Of a DNA stretch of 64,000 nt, positions 63,425 to 64,000 are shown piece by piece. Each line of letters opens with the position of its first letter. The stretch's first letter is position 1. A program made the translations under genes and the position numbers. The notes beneath the pieces were generated by a model that saw nothing but the letters and a program-made list of their open reading frames with translations, did not search any database and was not told the origin of the DNA. Location of the stretch: NCBI RefSeq assembly GCF_006345805.1, contig NC_043011.1:35972464-36036463 (forward strand), given 5' to 3'. Origin of the DNA: Octopus sinensis. Taxonomy: Eukaryota.

Positions 63425-64000
63425 TTCTTCTATAGACACAAGGCTCCAAATTTTGTGGGGAGGGGGCCAGTAGATTAGATCGACGCCAGTACGCAACTGG
63501 TACTTAATTTATCGACCCCGAAAGGATGAAAGGCAAAATCGCCCTCGACGGAATTTGAACTCAGAACGTAAAGACATACGAAATACCTTTTTCTTTACTA
63601 CCCACAAGGGGCTAAACACAGAGAGGACAAACAAGAACAGACAAACGGATTAAGTCGATTATATCGACCCCAGTACGTAACTGGTATTTATTTAATCGAC
63701 CCCGAAAGGATGAAAGGCAAAGTCGACCTCGGCGGAATTTGAACTCAGAACGTAGCAGCAGACGAAATACGTATTTCTTTACTACCTGCAAGGGGCTAAA
63801 CACAGAGGGGACAAACAAGGACAGACAAACGGATCAAGCCGATTACATCGACCACAGTGCGTAACTGGTACTTAATTTATCGACCCCGAAAGGATGAAAG
63901 GCAAAGTCGACCTCGATGGAATTTGAACTCAGAACGTAACGGCAGCCAAAATACTGCTAAGCATTCCGGCCGGCGTGATAACGATTCTTATTTCTTTACT
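63425..64000 (-). mobile_element. SINE family A head-to-tail multimer, running off the window end
   Basis: At least three units; junctions near 63585, 63770 and 63990. Confidence 0.9.

Noticed and set aside
63425-64000. CRISPR-like or satellite interpretation of the tandem units
   Set aside because: Units are SINE bodies with no unique spacers; eukaryotic context

Overview
AT-rich, microsatellite-dense eukaryotic genomic DNA with no intact multi-exon gene that I can demonstrate. The repeat landscape, recalled from experience and not searched, strongly suggests an octopus genome, intronic or intergenic. Contents: (1) at least four tRNA-derived SINE families (called A-D here), about 40 copies; (2) a Penelope-like element with a GIY-YIG remnant and inverted terminal arm (17.36-18.56 kb); (3) two R4/Dong-clade LINE remnants, one flanked by (TAA)n; (4) DNA transposons: mariner derivatives, a near full-length DD37D maT-type element, a Tigger/pogo deletion derivative, a hAT-Charlie element with 8-bp TSD, and Helitron-like elements; (5) several local duplications, including a near-identical 705-bp tandem. 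The most interesting system is family D: a tRNA-like Pol III head, a (TAA)n spacer, a minimal Penelope-type hammerhead ribozyme motif and a tail. It forms the 3' terminus of the Penelope element, occurs alone as a SINE-like unit (25.8-26.1 kb), and occurs as a fold-back palindrome (41.7-42.1 kb). Most ORFs in the supplied track are microsatellite or SINE translations. Candidate exons on both strands are listed at low confidence. Repeat boundaries are read by eye and approximate unless a TSD or TIR is given.
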